From contig JBFXLE010000015.1 of the NCBI GenBank assembly GCA_050173015.1, positions 1 to 64,000 of the forward strand: a stretch of 64,000 nt of DNA. The letters are read 5' to 3'. This DNA is from Calditrichaceae bacterium. Lineage in GTDB: Bacteria; Calditrichota; Calditrichia; Calditrichales; JBFXGD01. Position 1 is the stretch's first letter. The number at the start of each line of letters is the position of its first letter. The notes beneath the pieces are model-generated. The model was not told where the DNA came from. It saw nothing but the letters and a program-made list of their open reading frames with translations, and did not search any database. Below, in pieces: positions 62,142-64,000 of this stretch. A program made the position numbers and the translations under genes.

Positions 62142-62675
62142 ATGAATTTACTTAAAAATAGAAGAATCTTAATGTTTGCGGATGATTTGTATGAAGATCT
62201 TGAGCTCTGGTATCCAAAATTACGATTCATCGAGGAAGGCGCCGATGTTGTGGTGGCAGGGCCGCGGGCCGGAAAAATGTACAGCGGGAAACACGGTTAT
62301 CCATGCAAAGCAGACGCTTCAATTGACGAAATAAATGAATCTGATTTTGACGCTCTTGTTATCCCCGGCGGATTCGCGCCCGACAAACTGCGACGGATTG
62401 AAAAAGTTAAAGAATTAACCCGCGCTTTCCACAATCACGGAAAACCGGTTGCCCATATTTGCCACGGCGGATGGATTCCAATTTCCGCCGGAATCATGAA
62501 AGGATTTAAATGCACCTCCACACCGGGAATAAAAGATGATCTTGTGAATGCCGGTGCCGAATGGGTCGATGAAGCGGTTGTTACCGATCGCAATATGGTT
62601 TCCAGCCGCAGACCCGATGACCTGCCGGAATTCTGCAAATCAATCATACAACTTATGAAAGTGTCATCTGAATAG
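62142..62675 (+). CDS. PfpI/DJ-1 family protein (type 1 glutamine amidotransferase-like)
   Basis: YEDLE, PGGFAPD, ICHG, SRRPDDL. Confidence 0.93.
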   Translation: MNLLKNRRILMFADDLYEDLELWYPKLRFIEEGADVVVAGPRAGKMYSGKHGYPCKADASIDEINESDFDALVIPGGFAPDKLRRIEKVKELTRAFHNHGKPVAHICHGGWIPISAGIMKGFKCTSTPGIKDDLVNAGAEWVDEAVVTDRNMVSSRRPDDLPEFCKSIIQLMKVSSE

Positions 62676-62686
62676 ACGGATTAAAA

Positions 62687-63277
62687 ATGGCCAAAAAAAA
62701 ATCACTAAAGCAAAATAGTTTTGAATGGGCGCTCATTTTAGGCATACCTGCTGTTCTGTATCTGACCGGACTTCATACAGAAGTGATCGGCAGGATTCAG
62801 CAAGGCTTGTTGTATACTGGATTGATCCGGCCTGAAATTTCCTTGCCGGAGGACAAACAGGTAAGCGCGGATTATGATCTCAGCTTACTCTCTCTTGACG
62901 GAAATATGATTCATCTTTCTGATTATAAGGGGAAAGTCATTTTTTTAAATTTATGGGCAAGCTGGTGTCCGCCCTGCATCGCCGAAATGCCGAACATCCA
63001 TGATTTATATAAAAAAACAGATAATGAAGACGTTGTTTTTTTTATGGTTTCTCTTGATGACACGGCCGAAAAAGCCTCTGAATTTATAAAAAAATACGGA
63101 TATACTTTTCCTGTATATCTTCCTGCGGGATCTATTCCCGATGTGTTCCGTTCACCGACGATTCCCACTACCTTTATTATTAGCCCGGAAGGCAAAATTG
63201 TCAGTAAACGAGAGGGTATGGCTCAGTATGATACGCCGGCTTTCCGGAGTTTTCTGAAAGGATTGGCCACCCGTTAA
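62687..63277 (+). CDS. TlpA family thiol-disulfide reductase
   Basis: N-terminal TM anchor; NLWASWCPPCIAEMP; IPTT. Confidence 0.93.
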   Translation: MAKKKSLKQNSFEWALILGIPAVLYLTGLHTEVIGRIQQGLLYTGLIRPEISLPEDKQVSADYDLSLLSLDGNMIHLSDYKGKVIFLNLWASWCPPCIAEMPNIHDLYKKTDNEDVVFFMVSLDDTAEKASEFIKKYGYTFPVYLPAGSIPDVFRSPTIPTTFIISPEGKIVSKREGMAQYDTPAFRSFLKGLATR

Positions 63278-63450
63278 TCCAGGCATACTTTAATCGTTGA
63301 GTTTCGTACGCCGTTTTACATGGAAGAAAAAGGTCGAAGACCGGCCGCTGATGCCGGAATTTTTTAATCTGTAAACCTGTTTTCCGAAATAATGAAAATA
63401 AAGTATAGGATTTTTTATAACCGTTATGAACAGTAAAGAGAGGGTCTATC

Positions 63451-63855
63451 ATGAGTGAAGCAGCCAAAGCGGAAGTCGGTATGATTGCATGGACCGACCT
63501 TACCGTAAAGAATGCCGAGAAGGTGAGAGATTTTTACAGCCAGGTTGTCGGCTGGAGTCCATCGGCCGTTCCAATGAACGGATATGAGGATTTTACCATG
63601 AACACTCCCGAAAGCGGGATAACAACCGCCGGTATTTGCCATGCCCGGGGAGTTAACGCCAATCTGCCGCCGCAGTGGCTTATCTACATTACCGTTGAAA
63701 ATGTGGATAAAAGCGCCGCATATTGTACTCAATTAGGGGGTAAAATAATAGCGGAACCCAAAAATATGGGAGGACACGGGCGTTTCTGTGTTATTCAGGA
63801 TCCCGCCGGCGCTGTTTGCGCCCTTTTCTCACCGGCGATCGTGGAAACTTACTAA
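63451..63855 (+). CDS. VOC/glyoxalase family protein
   Basis: WTDLTV, FYSQVVGW, WLIYITV, IQDPAGA. Confidence 0.92.
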   Translation: MSEAAKAEVGMIAWTDLTVKNAEKVRDFYSQVVGWSPSAVPMNGYEDFTMNTPESGITTAGICHARGVNANLPPQWLIYITVENVDKSAAYCTQLGGKIIAEPKNMGGHGRFCVIQDPAGAVCALFSPAIVETY

Positions 63856-63892
63856 TCAACATCGATTAAAACATAGGGACAGGAATTTTACG

Positions 63893-64000
63893 ATGAATCA
63901 GAAATCCGCATATATTATCAGCGCTGCTTTGGTCATAGCATCATTAATTCTCGGAATCTTTTTTTATTCAGCCAGGACCGGCAGTGATACCATTCGCGTG
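63893..64000 (+). CDS. Partial CDS running off the window, possibly SIMPL/DUF541 family
   Basis: MNQKSAYIISAALVIASLILGIFFYSARTGSDTIRV after AGGA. Confidence 0.55.
   Translation, partial: MNQKSAYIISAALVIASLILGIFFYSARTGSDTIRV

Noticed and set aside
2931-63732. Many short antisense or overlapping ORFs in the six-frame track
   Set aside because: They are shadows of well-supported genes and have no recognisable motifs

Overview
64 kb of bacterial chromosome, moderately AT-rich and diderm (porins, lipoproteins). A Calditrichota/FCB-like origin is my impression, not a verified assignment. Most of the window is housekeeping and metabolism: a GMC oxidase/aldehyde DH/Fe-ADH cluster, hemH, htpG, a FadL-esterase pair, a moaA-moaCB-moeA-MOSC operon under a Moco-type RNA motif, prkA-yeaH-spoVR, mqnD, split transketolase, a PrpD/ICDH-like/HD/citryl-CoA lyase/TrmB/citF locus, sfsA, an RNA methyltransferase, ahpC and lpdA. 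The standout is a ~10 kb minus-strand operon (33678-43723) behind a consensus sigma-54 promoter. It encodes a tandem-rhodanese lipoprotein, a multiheme cytochrome c lipoprotein, a beta-barrel porin, a 12-heme periplasmic cytochrome, two CbcL-like cytochrome c/b fusions (11 and 19 CxxCH) and a small cytochrome lipoprotein. The ORF track splits the multiheme lipoprotein in two, but it reads as one 463-aa protein through an in-frame UGA (GEG-U-GG) followed by a bacterial SECIS-like hairpin. The operon is therefore a probable selenocysteine-dependent, envelope-spanning sulfur/selenium electron conduit. Two tandem arrays of mosaic REP-like palindromes (about 1322-2812 and 48474-49615) share modules, and each begins at a gene's stop codon. 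I found no rRNA, tRNA, CRISPR array or transposase.
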